A stretch of DNA of 64,000 nucleotides from Balanoglossus misakiensis (Eukaryota > Animalia > Hemichordata): the NCBI GenBank assembly GCA_040954595.2, contig CM082577.2, positions 20,434,303 through 20,498,302 of the forward strand, read 5' to 3'. How positions within the stretch are numbered: the first letter of the stretch is position 1; each line of letters starts with the position of its first letter. Of the stretch, positions 51,001-64,000 are shown in pieces. The notes under the pieces were generated by a model. The model was not told the origin of the DNA. It made no database searches and worked only from the letters and a program-made list of their open reading frames with translations. Position numbers and translations under genes: made by a program.

Positions 51001-54000
51001 TTCTCCTACTATAAACCTGAATCCTACTCCATTGAACACATAGCCCGACTTGGCTAATTTTGTGGGTAACCGATCAACCTTCCATAGGTTATAAGGCAAG
51101 TGGGATAAAAAAATATGGTTTGTTTTGTTCTGCAAAAAGTGTTTTTAGAATTCAGGCACTTTCAGAAAAGGAAGAAACGGACACTTGCGACAAAAATGTT
51201 ATCCATCAGGCTACTCTTTAATGGAAAAGTTGGAAAAAAAATGAAGCCTACTGCACGTTGTATTCCCAGGCGGTCTCCCATCCAAGTACTAACTACGCCC
51301 AACGCAGGTTTGCTTCGGTGATCAGACGAGAACCGGCTTATTCTACGTGGTATGGCCGTAGGCGAAAGATGGTTGAATTTCTCCTACTATAAACCTGAAT
51401 CCTACACCATTGAACACATAGCCCGACTTGGCTAATTTTTGTGGGTAACCGATCGACCTTCCATAGCTTATAAGGCAAGTGGGATAAAAAAATATGGTTT
51501 GTTTTGTTCTGCAAAAAGTGTTTTTAGAATTCAGGCACTTTCAGAAAAGGAAGACACGGACACTTGCGACAAAAATGTTATCCATCAGGCTACTCTTTAA
51601 TGGAAAAGTTGGAAAAAAAAATGAAGCCTACAGCACGTAGTATTCCCAGGCGGTCTCCCATCCAAGTACTAACTACGCCCAACGCAGGTTTGCTTCGGTG
51701 ATCAGACGAGAACCGGCTTATTCTACGTGGTATGGCCGTAGACGAAAGATGGTTGAATTTCTCCTACTATAAACCTGAATCCTACACCATTGAACACATA
51801 GCCCGACTAGGCAAATTTTTGTGGGTAACCGATCGACCTTCCATAGCTTATAAGGCAAGTGGGATAAAAAATATGGTTTGTTTTGTTCTGCAAAAAGTGT
51901 TTTTAGAATTCAGGCACTTTCAGAAAAGGAAGAAACGGACACTTGCGACAAAAATGTTATCCATCAGGCTACTCTTTAATGGAAAAGTTGGAAAAAAAAA
52001 TGAAGCCTACAGCACGTAGTATTCCCAGGCGGTCTCCCATCCAAGTACTAACTACGCCCAACGCAGGTTTGCTTCGGTGATCAGACGAGAACCGGCTTAT
52101 TCTACGTGGTATGGCCGTAGGCGAAAGATGGTTGAATTTCTCCTACTATAAACCTGAATCCTACACCATTGAACACATAGCCCGACTTGGCTAATTTTTG
52201 TGGGTAACCGATCGACCTTCCATAGCTTATAAGGCAAGTGGGATAAAAAAATATGGTTTGTTTTGTTCTGCAAAAAGTGTTTTTAGAATTCAGGCACTTT
52301 CAGAAAAGGAAGAAACGGACACTTGCGACAAAAATGTTATCCATCAGGCTACTCTTTAATGGAAAAGTTGGAAAAAAAATGAAGCCTACTGCACGTAGTA
52401 TTCCCAGGCGGTCTCCCATCCAAGTACTAACTACGCCCAACGCAGGTTTGCTTCGGTGATCAGACGATAACCGGCTTATTCTACGTGGTATGGCCGTAGG
52501 CGAAAGATGGTTGAATTTCTCCTACTATAAACATGAATCCTACACCATTGAACACATAGCCCGACTTGGCTAATTTTTGTGGGTAACCGATCGACCTTCC
52601 ATAGCTTATAAGGCAAGTGGGATAAAAAAATATGGTTTGTTTTGTTCTGCAAAAAGTGTTTTTAGAATTCAGGCACTTTCAGAAAAGGAAGAAACGGACA
52701 CTTGCGACAAAATGTTATCCATCAGGCTACTCTTTAATGGAAAAGTTGGGGAAAAAAATGAAGCCTACAGCACGTAGTATTCCCAGGCGGTCTCCCATCC
52801 AAGTACTAACTACGCCCAACGCAGGTTTGCTTCGGTGATCAGACGAGAACCGGCTTATTCTACGTGGTATGGCCGTAGGCGAAAGATGGTTGAATTTCTC
52901 CTACTATAAACCTGAATCCTACTCCATTGAACACATAGCCCGACTTGGCTAATTTTGTGGGTAACCGATCGACCTTCCATAGCTTATAAGGCAAGTGGGA
53001 TAAAAAAATATGGTTTGTTTTGTTCTGCAAAAAGTGTTTTTAGAATTCAGGCACTTTCAGAAAAGGAAGAAACGGACACTTGCGACAAAAATGTTATCCA
53101 TCAGGCTACTCTTTAATGGAAAAGTTGGGGAAAAAAATGAAGCCTACAGCACGTAGTATTCCCAGGCGGTCTCCCATCCAAGTACTAAATACGCCCAACG
53201 CAGGTTTGCTTCGGTGATCAGATGAGAACCGGCTTATTCTACGTGGTATGGCCGTAGGCGAAAGATGGTTGAATTTCTCCTACTATAAACCTGAATCCTA
53301 CACCATTGAACACATAGCCCGACTTGGCTAATTTTTGTGGGTAACCGATCGACCTTCCATAGCTTATAAGGCAAGTGGGATAAAAAAATATGGTTTGTTT
53401 TGTTCTGCAAAAAGTGTTTTTAGAATTCAGGCACTTTCAGAAAAGGAAGAAACGGACACTTGCGACAAAAATGTTATCCATCAGGCTACTCTTTAATGGA
53501 AAAGTTGGAAAAAAATGAAGCCTACAGCACGTAGTATTCCCAGGCGGTCTCCCATCCAAGTACTAACTACGCCCAACGCAGGTTTGCTTCGGTGATCAGA
53601 CGAGAACCGGCTTATTCTACGTGGTATGGCCGTAGGCGAAAGATGGTTGAATTTCTCCTACTATAAACCTGAATCCTACACCATTGAACACATAGCCCGA
53701 CTTGGCTAATTTTTGTGGGTAACCGATCGACCTTCCATAGCTTATAAGGCAAGTGGGATAAAAAAATATGGTTTGTTTTGTTCTGCAAAAAGTGTTTTTA
53801 GAATTCAGGCACTTTCAGAAAAGGAAGAAACGGACACTTGCGACAAAGATGTTATCCATCAGGCTACTCTTTAATGGAAAAGTTGGAAAAAAATGAAGCC
53901 TACAGCACGTAGTATTCCCAGGCGGTCTTCCATCCAAGTACTAACTACGCCCAACGCAGGTTTGCTTCGTTGATCAGGCGAGAACCGGCTTATTCTACGT

Positions 54001-55784
54001 GGTATGGCCGTAGGCGAAAGATGGTTGAATTTCTTCTACTATAAACCTGAATCCTACACCATTGAACACATAGCCCGACTTGGCTAATTTTGTGGGTAAC
54101 CGATCGACCTTCCATAGCTTATAAGGCAAGTGGGATAAAAAAATATGGTTTGTTTGTTCTGCAAAAAGTGTTTTTAGAATTCAGGCACTTTCAGAAAAGG
54201 AAGAAACGGACACTTGCGACAAAAATATTATCCATCAGGCTACTCTTTAATGGAAAAGTTGGGGAAAAAAATGAAGCCTACAGCACGTAGTATTCCCAGG
54301 CGGTCTCCCATCCAAGTACTAACTACGCCCAACGCAGGTTTGCTTCGGTGATCAGACGAGAACCGGCTTATTCTACGTGGTATGGCCGTAGGCGAAAGAT
54401 GGTTGGATTTCTCCTACTATAAACCTGAATCCTACTCCATTGAACACATAGCCCGACTTGGCTAATTTTGTGGGTAACCGATCGACCTTCCATAGCTTAT
54501 AAGGCAAGTGGGATAAAAAAATATGGTTTGTTTTGTTCTGCAAAAAGTGTTTTTAGAATTCAGGCACTTTCAGAAAAGGAAGAAACGGACACTTGCGACA
54601 GAAATGTTATCCATCAGGCTACTCTTTAATGGAAAAGTTGGAAAAAAAATGAAGCCTACAGCACGTAGTATTCCCAGGCGGTCTCCCATCCAAGTACTAA
54701 CTACGCCCAACGCAGGTTTGCTTCGGTGATCAGACGAGAACCGGCTTATTCTACGTGGTATGGCCGTAGGCGAAAGATGGTTGAATTTCTCCTACTATAA
54801 ACCTGAATCCTACACCATTGAACACATAGCCCGACTTGGCTAATTTTTGCGGGTAACCGATCGACCTTCCATAGCTTATAAGGCAAGTGGGATAAAAAAA
54901 TATGGTTTGTTTTGTTCTGCAAAAAGTGTTTTTAGAATTCAGGCACTTTCAGAAAAGGAAGAAACGGACACTTGCGACAAAAATAATATACATCAGGCTA
55001 CTCTTTAATGGAAAAGTTGGAAAAAAATGAAGCCTACAGCACGTAGAATTCCCAGGCGGTCTCCCATCCAAGTACTAACTACGCCCAACGCAGGTTTGCT
55101 TCGGTGATCAGACGAGAACCGGCTTATTCTACGTGGTATGGCCGTAGGCGAAAGATGGTTGGATTTCTCCTACTATAAACCTGAATCCTACACCATTGAA
55201 CACATAGCCCGACTTGGCTAATTTTGTGGGTAACCGATCGACCTTCCATAGCTTATAAGGCAAGTGGGATAAAAAAATATGGTTTGTTTGTTCTGCAAAA
55301 AGTGTTTTTAGAATTCAGGCACTTTCAGAAAAGGAAGAAACGGACACTTGCGACAAAAATGTTATCCATCAGGCTACTCTTTAATGGAAAAGTTGGGGAA
55401 AAAAATGAAGCCTACAGCACGTAGTATTCCCAGGCGGTCTCCCATCCAAGTACTAACTACGCCCAACGCAGGTTTGCTTCGGTGATCAGACGAGAACCGG
55501 CTTATTCTACGTGGTATGGCCGTAGGCGAAAGATGGTTGGATTTCTCCTACTATAAACCTGAATCCTACTCCATTGAACACATAGCCCGACTTGGCTAAT
55601 TTTGTGGGTAACCGATCGACCTTCCATAGCTTATAAGGCAAGTGGGATAAAAAAATATGGTTGCTTTGTTCTGCAAAAAGTGGTTTTAGAATTCAGGCAC
55701 TTTCAGAAAAGGAAGAAACGGACACTTGCGACAAAAATGTTATCCATCAGGCTACTCTTTAATGGAAAAGTTGGAAAAAAAATG

Positions 55785-55897
55785 AAGAACGTAGTATTCC
55801 CAGGCGGTATCCCATCCAAGTACTAACTACGCCCAACGCAGGTTTGCTTCGGTGATCAGACGAGAACCGGCTTATTCTACGTGGTATGGCCGTAGGC
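55785..55897 (-). pseudogene. 113-nt 5S copy lacking most of the 3' strand of helix I
   Basis: Plus strand reads tgaagaacgtag instead of tgaagcctacagcacgtag (net -7 nt); it also carries G89U. Confidence 0.88.
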
Positions 55898-58800
55898 GAA
55901 AGATGGTTGAATTTCTTCTACTATAAACCTGAATCCTACACCATTGAACACATAGCCCGACTTGGCTAATTTTTGTGGGTAACCGATCGACCTTCCATTG
56001 CTTATAAGGCAAGTGGGATAAAAAAATATGGTTTGTTTTGTTCTGCAAAAAGTGTTTTTAGAATTCAGGCACTTTCAGAAAAGGAAGAAACGGACACTTG
56101 CGACAAAAATGTTATCCATCAGGCTACTCTTTAATGGAAAAGTTGGAAAAAAAATGAAGCCTACAGCACGTAGTATTCCCAGGCGGTATCCCATCCAAGT
56201 ACTAACTACGCCCAACGCAGGTTTGCTTCGGTGATCAGACGAGAACCGGCTTATTCTACGTGGTATGGCCGTAGGCGAAAGATGGTTGAATTTCTTCTAC
56301 TATAAACCTGAATCCTACACCATTGAACACATAGCCCGACTTGGCTAATTTTTGTGGGTAACCGATCGACCTTCCATTGCTTATAAGGCAAGTGGGATAA
56401 AAAAATATTGTTTGTTTTGTTCTGCAAAAAGTGTTTTTAGAATTCAGGCACTTTCAGAAAAGGAAGAAACGGACACTTGCGACAAAAATGTTATCCATCA
56501 GGCTACTCTTTAATGGAAAAGTTGGGGAAAAAAATGAAGCCTACAGCACTTAGTATTCCCAGGCGGTCTCCCATCCAAGTACTAACTACGCCCAACGCAG
56601 GTTTGCTTCGGTGATCAGACGAGAACCAGCTTATTCTACGTGGTATGGCCGTAGGCGAAAGATGGTTGAATTTCTCCTACTATAAACCTGAATCCTACAC
56701 CATTGAACACATAGCCCGACTTGGCTAATTTTTGCGGGTAACCGATCGACCTTCCATAGCTTATAAGGCAAGTGGGATAAAAAAATATGGTTTGTTTTGT
56801 TCTGCAAAAAGTGTTTTTAGAATTCAGGCACTTTCAGAAAAGGAAGAAACGGACACTTGCGACAAAAATGTTATCCATCAGGCTACTCTTTAATGGAAAA
56901 GTTGGAAAAAAAATGAAGCCTACAGCACGTAGTATTCCCAGGCGGTCTCCCATCCAAGTACTAACTACGCCCAACGCAGGTTTGCTTCGGTGATCAGACG
57001 AGAACCGGCTTATTCTACGTGGTATGGCCGTAGGCGAAAGATGGTTGAATTTCTTCTACTATAAACATGAATCCTACACCATTGAACACATAGCCCGACT
57101 TGGCTAATTTTTGTGGGTAACCGAACGACCTTCCATTGCTTATAAGGCAAGTGGGATAAAAAAATATGGTTTGTTTTGTTCTGCAAAAAGTGTTTTTAGA
57201 ATTCAGGCACTTTCAGAAAAGGAAGAAACGGACACTTGCGACAAAAATGTTATCCATCAGGCTACTCTTTAATGGAAAAGTTGGAAAAAAAATGAAGCCT
57301 ACAGCACGTAGTATTCCCAGGCGGTCTCCCATCCAAGTACTAACTACGCCCAACGCAGGTTTGCTTCGGTGATCAGACGAGAACCGGCTTATTCTACGTG
57401 GTATGGCCGTAGGCGAAAGATGGTTGAATTTCTTCTACTATAAACCTGAATCCTACACCATTGAACACATAGCCCGACTTGGCTAATTTTTGTGGGTAAC
57501 CGATCGACCTTCCATTGCTTATAAGGCAAGTGGGATAAAAAAATATTGTTTGTTTTGTTCTGCAAAAAGTGTTTTTAGAATTCATGCACTTTCAGAAAAG
57601 GAAGAAACGGACACTTGCGACAAAAATGTTATCCATCAGGCTACTCTTTAATGGAAAAGTTGGAAAAAAATGAAGCCTACAGCACGTAGTATTCCCAGGC
57701 GGTCTCCCATCCAAGTACTAACTACGCCCAACGCAGGTTTGCTTCGGTGATCAGACGAGAACCGGCTTATTCTACGTGGTATGGCCGTAGGCGAAAGATG
57801 GTTGAATTTCTCCTACTATAAACCTGAATCCTACACCATTGAACACATAACCAGACTTGGCTAATTTTGTGGGTAACCGATCGACCTTCCATAGCTTATA
57901 AGGCAAGTGGGATAAAAAATATGGTTTGTTTTGTTCTGCAAAAAGTGTTTTTAGAATTCAGGCACTTTAAGAAAAGTAAGAAACGGACACTTGCGACAAA
58001 AATGTTATCCATCAGGCTACTCTTTAATGGAAAAGTTGGAAAAAAATGAAGCCTACAGCACGTAGTATTCCCAGGCGGTCTCCCATCCAAGTACTAACTA
58101 CGCCCAACGCAGGTTTGCTTCGGTGATCAGACGAGAATCGGCTTATTCTACGTGGTATGGCCGTAGGCGAAAGATAGTTGAATTTCTTCTACTATAAACC
58201 TGAATCCTACACCATTGAACACATAGCCCGACTTGGCTAATTTTGTGGGTAACCGATCGACCTTCCATAGCTTATAAGGCAAGTGGGATAAAAAAATATG
58301 GTTTGTTTTGTTCTGCAAAAAGTGTTTTTAGAATTCATGCACTTTCAGAAAAGGAAGAAACGGACACTTGCGACAAAAATGTTATCCATCAGGCTACTCT
58401 TTAATGGAAAAGTTGGAAAAAAATGAAGCCTACAGCACGTAGTATTCCCAGGCGGTCTCCCATCCAAGTACTAACTACGCCCAACGCAGGTTTGCTTCGG
58501 TGATCAGACGAAAACCGGCTTATTCTACGTGGTATGGCCGTAGGCGAAAGATGGTTGAATTTCTCCTACTATAAACCTGAATCCTACACCATTGAACACA
58601 TAGCCCGACTTGGCTAATTTTTGCGGGTAACCGATCGACCTTCCATAGCTTATAAGGCAAGTGGGATAAAAAAATATGGTTTGTTTTGTTCTGCAAAAAG
58701 TGTTTTTAGAATTCAGGCACTTTCAAAAAAGGAAGAAACGGACACTTGCGACAAAAATGTTATCCATCAGGCTACTCTTTAATGGAAAAGTTGGAAAAAA

Positions 58801-61800
58801 AATGAAGCCTACAGCACGTAGTATTCCCAGGCGGTCTCCCATCCAAGTACTAACTACGCCGAACGCAGGTTTGCTTCGGTGATCAGACGAGAACCGGCTT
58901 ATTCTACGTGGTATGGCCGTAGGCGAAAGATGGTTGAATTTCTTCTACTATAAACCTGAATCCTACACCATTGAACACATAGCCCGACTTGGCTAATTTT
59001 TGTGGGTAACCGATCGACCTTCCATTGCTTATAAGGCAAGTGGGATAAAAAAATATTGTTTGTTTTGTTCTGCAAAAAGTGTTTTTAGAATTCAGGCACT
59101 TTCAGAAAAGGAAGAAACGGACACTTGCGACAAAAATGTTATCCATCAGGCTACTCTTTAATGGAAAAGTTGGAAAAAAATGAAGCCTACAGCACGTAGT
59201 ATTCCCAGGCGGTCTCCCATCCAAGTACTAACTACGCCCAACGCAGGTTTGCTTCGGTGATCAGACGAGAACCGGCTTATTCTACGTGGTATGGCCGTAG
59301 GCGAAAGATGGTTGAATTTCTCCTACTATAAACCTGAATCCTACACCATTGAACACATAACCCGACTTGGCTAATTTTGTGGGTAACCGATCGACCTTCC
59401 ATAGCTTATAAGGCAAGTGGGATAAAAAATATGGTTTGTTTTGTTCTGCAAAAAGTGTTTTTAGAATTCAGGCACTTTCAGAAAAGGAAGAAACGGACAC
59501 TTGCGACAAAAATGTTATCCATCAGGCTACTCTTTAATGGAAAAGTTGGAAAAAAATGAAGCCTAAAGCACGTAGTATTCCCAGGCGGTCTCCCATCCAA
59601 GTACTAACTACGCCAAACGCAGGTTTGCTTCGGTGATCAGACGAGAACCGGCTTATTCTACGTGGTATGGCCGTAGGCGAAAGATGGTTGAATTTCTTCT
59701 ACTATAAACCTGAATCCTACACCATTGAACACATAGCCCGACTTGGCTAATTTTGTGGGTAACCGATCGACCTTCCATAGCTTATAAGGCAAGTGGGATA
59801 AAAAAATATGGTTTGTTTTGTTCTGCAAAAAGTGTTTTTAGAATTCAGGCACTTTCAGAAAAGGAAGAAACGGACACTTGCGACAAAAATGTTATCCATC
59901 AGGCTACTCTTTAATGGAAAAGTTGGAAAAAAAATGAAGCCTACAGCACGTAGTATTCCCAGGCGGTCTCCCATCCAAGTACTAACTACGCCCAACGCAG
60001 GTTTGCTTCGGTGATCAGACGAGAACCGGCTTATTCTACGTGGTATGGCCGTAGGCGAAAGATGGTTGAATTTCTCCTACTATAAACCTGAATCCTACAC
60101 CATTGAACACATAGCCCGACTTGGCTAATTTTGTGGGTAACCGATCGACCTTCCATAGCTTATAAGGCAAGTGATATAAAAAATATGGTTTGTTTTGTTC
60201 TGCAAAAAGTGTTTTTATAATTCAGGCACTTTCAGAAAAGGAAGAAACGGACACTTGCGACAAAAATGTTATCCATCAGGCTACTCTTTAATGGAAAAGT
60301 TGGAAAAAAAATGAAGCCTACAGCACGTAGTATTCCCAGGCGGTCTCCCATCCAAGTACTAACTACGCCCAACGCAGGTTTGCTTCGTTGATCAGACGAG
60401 AACCGGCTTATTCTACGTGGTATGGCCGTAGGCGAAAGATGGTTGAATTTCTTCTACTATAAACCTGAATCCTACACCATTGAACACATAGCCCGACTTG
60501 GCTAATTTTGTGGGTAACCGATCGACCTTCCATAGCTTATAAGGCAAGTGGGATAAAAAAATATGGTTTGTTTGTTCTGCAAAAAGTGTTTTTAGAATTC
60601 AGGCACTTTCAGAAAAGGAAGAAACGGACACTTGCGACAAAAATGTTATCCATCAGGCTACTCTTTAATGGAAAAGTTGGAAAAAAAATGAAGCCTACAG
60701 CACGTAGTATTCCCAGGCGGTCTCCCATCCAAGTACTAACTACGCCCAACGCAGGTTTGCTTCGGTGATCAGACGAGAACCGGCTTATTCTACGTGGTAT
60801 GGCCGTAGGCGAAAGATGGTTGGATTTCTCCTACTATAAACCTGAATCCTACTCCATTGAACACATAGCCCGACTTGGCTAATTTTGTGGGTAACCGATC
60901 GACCTTCCATAGCTTATAAGGCAAGTGGGATAAAAAATATGGTTTGTTTTGTTCTGCAAAAAGTGTTTTTAGAATTCAGGCACTTTAAGAAAAGTAAGAA
61001 ACGGACACTTGCGACAAAAATGTTATCCATCAGGCTACTCTTTAATGGAAAAGTTGGAAAAAAATGAAGCCTACAGCACGTAGTATTCCCAGGCGGTCTC
61101 CCATCCAAGTACTAACTACGCCCAACGCAGGTTTGCTTCGGTGATCAGACGAGAACCGGCTTATTCTACGTGGTATGGCCGTAGGCGAAAGATGGTTGAA
61201 TTTCTCCTACTATAAACCTGAATCCTACACCATTGAACACATAGCCCGACTTGGCTAATTTTTGTGGGTAACCGATCGACCTTCCATAGCTTATAAGGCA
61301 AGTGGGATAAAAAAATATGGTTTGTTTTGTTCTGCAAAAAGTGTTTTTAGAATTCAGGCACTTTCAGAAAAGGAAGAAACGGACACTTGCGACAAAGATG
61401 TTATCCATCAGGCTACTCTTTAATGGAAAAGTTGGAAAAAAAATGAAGCCTACAGCACGTAGTATTCCCAGGCGGTCTCCCATCCAAGTACTAACTACGC
61501 CCAACGCAGGTTTGCTTCGGTGATCAGACGAGAACCGGCTTATTCTACGTGGTATGGCCGTAGGCGAAAGATGGTTGGATTTCTCCTACTATAAACCTGA
61601 ATCCTACTCCATTGAACACATAGCCCGACTTGGCTAATTTTGTGGGTAACCGATCGACCTTCCATAGCTTATAAGGCAAGTGGGATAAAAAATATGGTTT
61701 GTTTTGTTCTGCAAAAAGTGTTTTTAGAATTCAGGCACTTTAAGAAAAGTAAGAAACGGACACTTGCGACAAAAATGTTATCCATCAGGCTACTCTTTAA

Positions 61801-63709
61801 TGGAAAAGTTGGAAAAAAATGAAGCCTACAGCACGTAGTATTCCCAGGCGGTCTCCCATCCAAGTACTAACTACGCCCAACGCAGGTTTGCTTCGGTGAT
61901 CAGACGAGAACCGGCTTATTCTACGTGGTATGGCCGTAGGCGAAAGATGGTTGAATTTCTCCTACTATAAACCTGAATCCTACACCATTGAACACATAGC
62001 CCGACTTGGCTAATTTTTGTGGGTAACCGATCGACCTTCCATAGCTTATAAGGCAAGTGGGATAAAAAAATATGGTTTGTTTTGTTCTGCAAAAAGTGTT
62101 TTTAGAATTCAGGCACTTTCAGAAAAGGATGAAACGGACACTTGCGACAAAGATGTTATCCATCAGGCTACTCTTTAATGGAAAAGTTGGAAAAAAAATG
62201 AAGCCTACAGCACGTAGTATTCCCAGGCGGTCTCCCATCCAAGTACTAACTACGCCCAACGCAGGTTTGCTTCGTTGATCAGACGAGAACCGGCTTATTC
62301 TACGTGGTATGGCCGTAGGCGAAAGATGGTTGAATTTCTTCTACTATAAACCTGAATCCTACACCATTGAACACATAGCCCGACTTGGCTAATTTTGTGG
62401 GTAACCGATCGACCTTCCATAGCTTATAAGGCAAGTGGGATAAAAAAATATGGTTTGTTTGTTCTGCAAAAAGTGTTTTTAGAATTCAGGCACTTTCAGA
62501 AAAGGAAGAAACGGACACTTGCGACAAAAATGTTATCCATCAGGCTACTCTTTAATGGAAAAGTTGGGGAAAAAAATGAAGCCTACAGCACGTAGTATTC
62601 CCAGGCGGTCTCCCATCCAAGTACTAACTACGCCCAACGCAGGTTTGCTTCGGTGATCAGACGAGAACCGGCTTATTCTACGTGGTATGGCCGTAGGCGA
62701 AAGACGGTTGGATTTCTCCTACTATAAACCTGAATCCTACTCCATTGAACACATAGCCCGACTTGGCTAATTTTGTGGGTAACCGATCGACCTTCCATAG
62801 CTTATAAGGCAAGTGGGATAAAAAATATGGTTTGTTTTGTTCTGCAAAAAGTGTTTTTAGAATTCAGGCACTTTAAGAAAAGTAAGAAACGGACACTTGC
62901 GACAAAAATGTTATCCATCAGGCTACTCTTTAATGGAAAAGTTGGGGAAAAAAATGAAGCCTACAGCACGTAGTATTCCCAGGCGGTCTCCCATCCAAGT
63001 ACTAACTACGCCCAACGCAGGTTTGCTTCGGTGATCAGACGAGAACCGGCTTATTCTACGTGGTATGGCCGTAGGCGAAAGATGGTTGGATTTCTCCTAC
63101 TATAAACCTGAATCCTACTCCATTGAACACATAGCCCGACTTGGCTAATTTTGTGGGTAACCGATCGACCTTCCATAGCTTATAAGGCAAGTGGGATAAA
63201 AAATATGGTTTGTTTTGTTCTGCAAAAAGTGTTTTTAGAATTCAGGCACTTTAAGAAAAGTAAGAAACGGACACTTGCGACAAAAATGTTATCCATCAGG
63301 CTACTCTTTAATGGAAAAGTTGGAAAAAAATGAAGCCTACAGCACGTAGTATTCCCAGGCGGTCTCCCATCCAAGTACTAACTACGCCCAACGCAGGTTT
63401 GCTTCGGTGATCAGACGAGAACCGGCTTATTCTACGTGGTATGGCCGTAGGCGAAAGATGGTTGAATTTCTTCTACTATAAACCTGAATCCTACACCATT
63501 GAACACATAGCCCGACTTGGCTAATTTTGTGGGTAACCGATCGACCTTCCATAGCTTATAAGGCAAGTGGGATAAAAAAATATGGTTTGTTTTGTTCTGC
63601 AAAAAGTGTTTTTAGAATTCAGGCACTTTCAGAAAAGGAAGAAACGGACACTTGCGACAAAGATGTTATCCATCAGGCTACTCTTTAATGGAAAAGTTGG
63701 AAAAAAATG

Positions 63710-63829
63710 AAGCCTACAGCACGTAGTATTCCCAGGCGGTCTCCCATCCAAGTACTAACTACGCCCAACGCAGGTTTGCTTCGTTGATCAGACGAGAACC
63801 GGCTTATTCTACGTGGTATGGCCGTAGGC
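63710..63829 (-). rRNA. 5S rRNA, last complete copy (C46A variant that breaks the G31-C46 pair)
   Basis: 120-nt copy; the plus strand reads cttcgttgatc instead of cttcggtgatc. Confidence 0.93.
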
Positions 63830-64000
63830 GAAAGATGGTTGAATTTCTTCTACTATAAACCTGAATCCTACACCATTGAACACATAGCCCGACTTGGCTA
63901 ATTTTGTGGGTAACCGATCGACCTTCCATAGCTTATAAGGCAAGTGGGATAAAAAAATATGGTTTGTTTGTTCTGCAAAAAGTGTTTTTAGAATTCAGGC

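Larger units (their letters stand above)
1..64000 (-). repeat. Tandem 5S rDNA array, about 170 head-to-tail units of about 378 bp (120-bp gene plus about 258-bp spacer); runs off both window ends
   Basis: The same unit recurs with 376-380 bp spacing throughout, with no inversion or foreign insertion longer than 33 bp seen. First gene at 145-264, last at 63710-63829. The count is estimated from span divided by period. Confidence 0.99.

Noticed and set aside
1513-63374. Dozens of near-identical 60-95 aa ORFs (MVCFVLQKVFLEFRHF..., MWVTDRPSIAYK...)
   Set aside because: They run across the spacer and antisense to the 5S gene, open and close with homopolymer length changes, and show no recognisable domain, so they are repeat artefacts.
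1-64000. CRISPR array or non-genic satellite interpretation
   Set aside because: There are no unique spacers between repeats, and each unit contains a full, foldable eukaryotic 5S gene with Pol III signals.

Overview
The whole 64-kb window is an uninterrupted head-to-tail tandem array of eukaryotic (metazoan, invertebrate-like) 5S rRNA genes. There are about 170 units of about 378 bp (376-380), each with a 120-nt 5S gene on the minus strand and a spacer of about 258 bp. Consensus RNA: GCCUACGGCCAUACCACGUAGAAUAAGCCGGUUCUCGUCUGAUCACCGAAGCAAACCUGCGUUGGGCGUAGUUAGUACUUGGAUGGGAGACCGCCUGGGAAUACUACGUGCUGUAGGCUU. Each unit has an internal Pol III promoter, a TATA-like element at -30..-25, a C at -1 and an oligo-T terminator. 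No protein-coding gene is supported; the listed ORFs are repeat artefacts. I found no convincing new biological system. The points of interest are an atypical A-box fixed across the array, nested higher-order repeats (2-, 3-, 6- and 12-mers), a distinct spacer subfamily in the first 6.3 kb, and several broken copies with informative junctions: a fold-back templated 33-bp insertion, a deletion with patchwork filler, and a duplicated 99-bp deletion. Copy counts and alignments were done by eye and are approximate.
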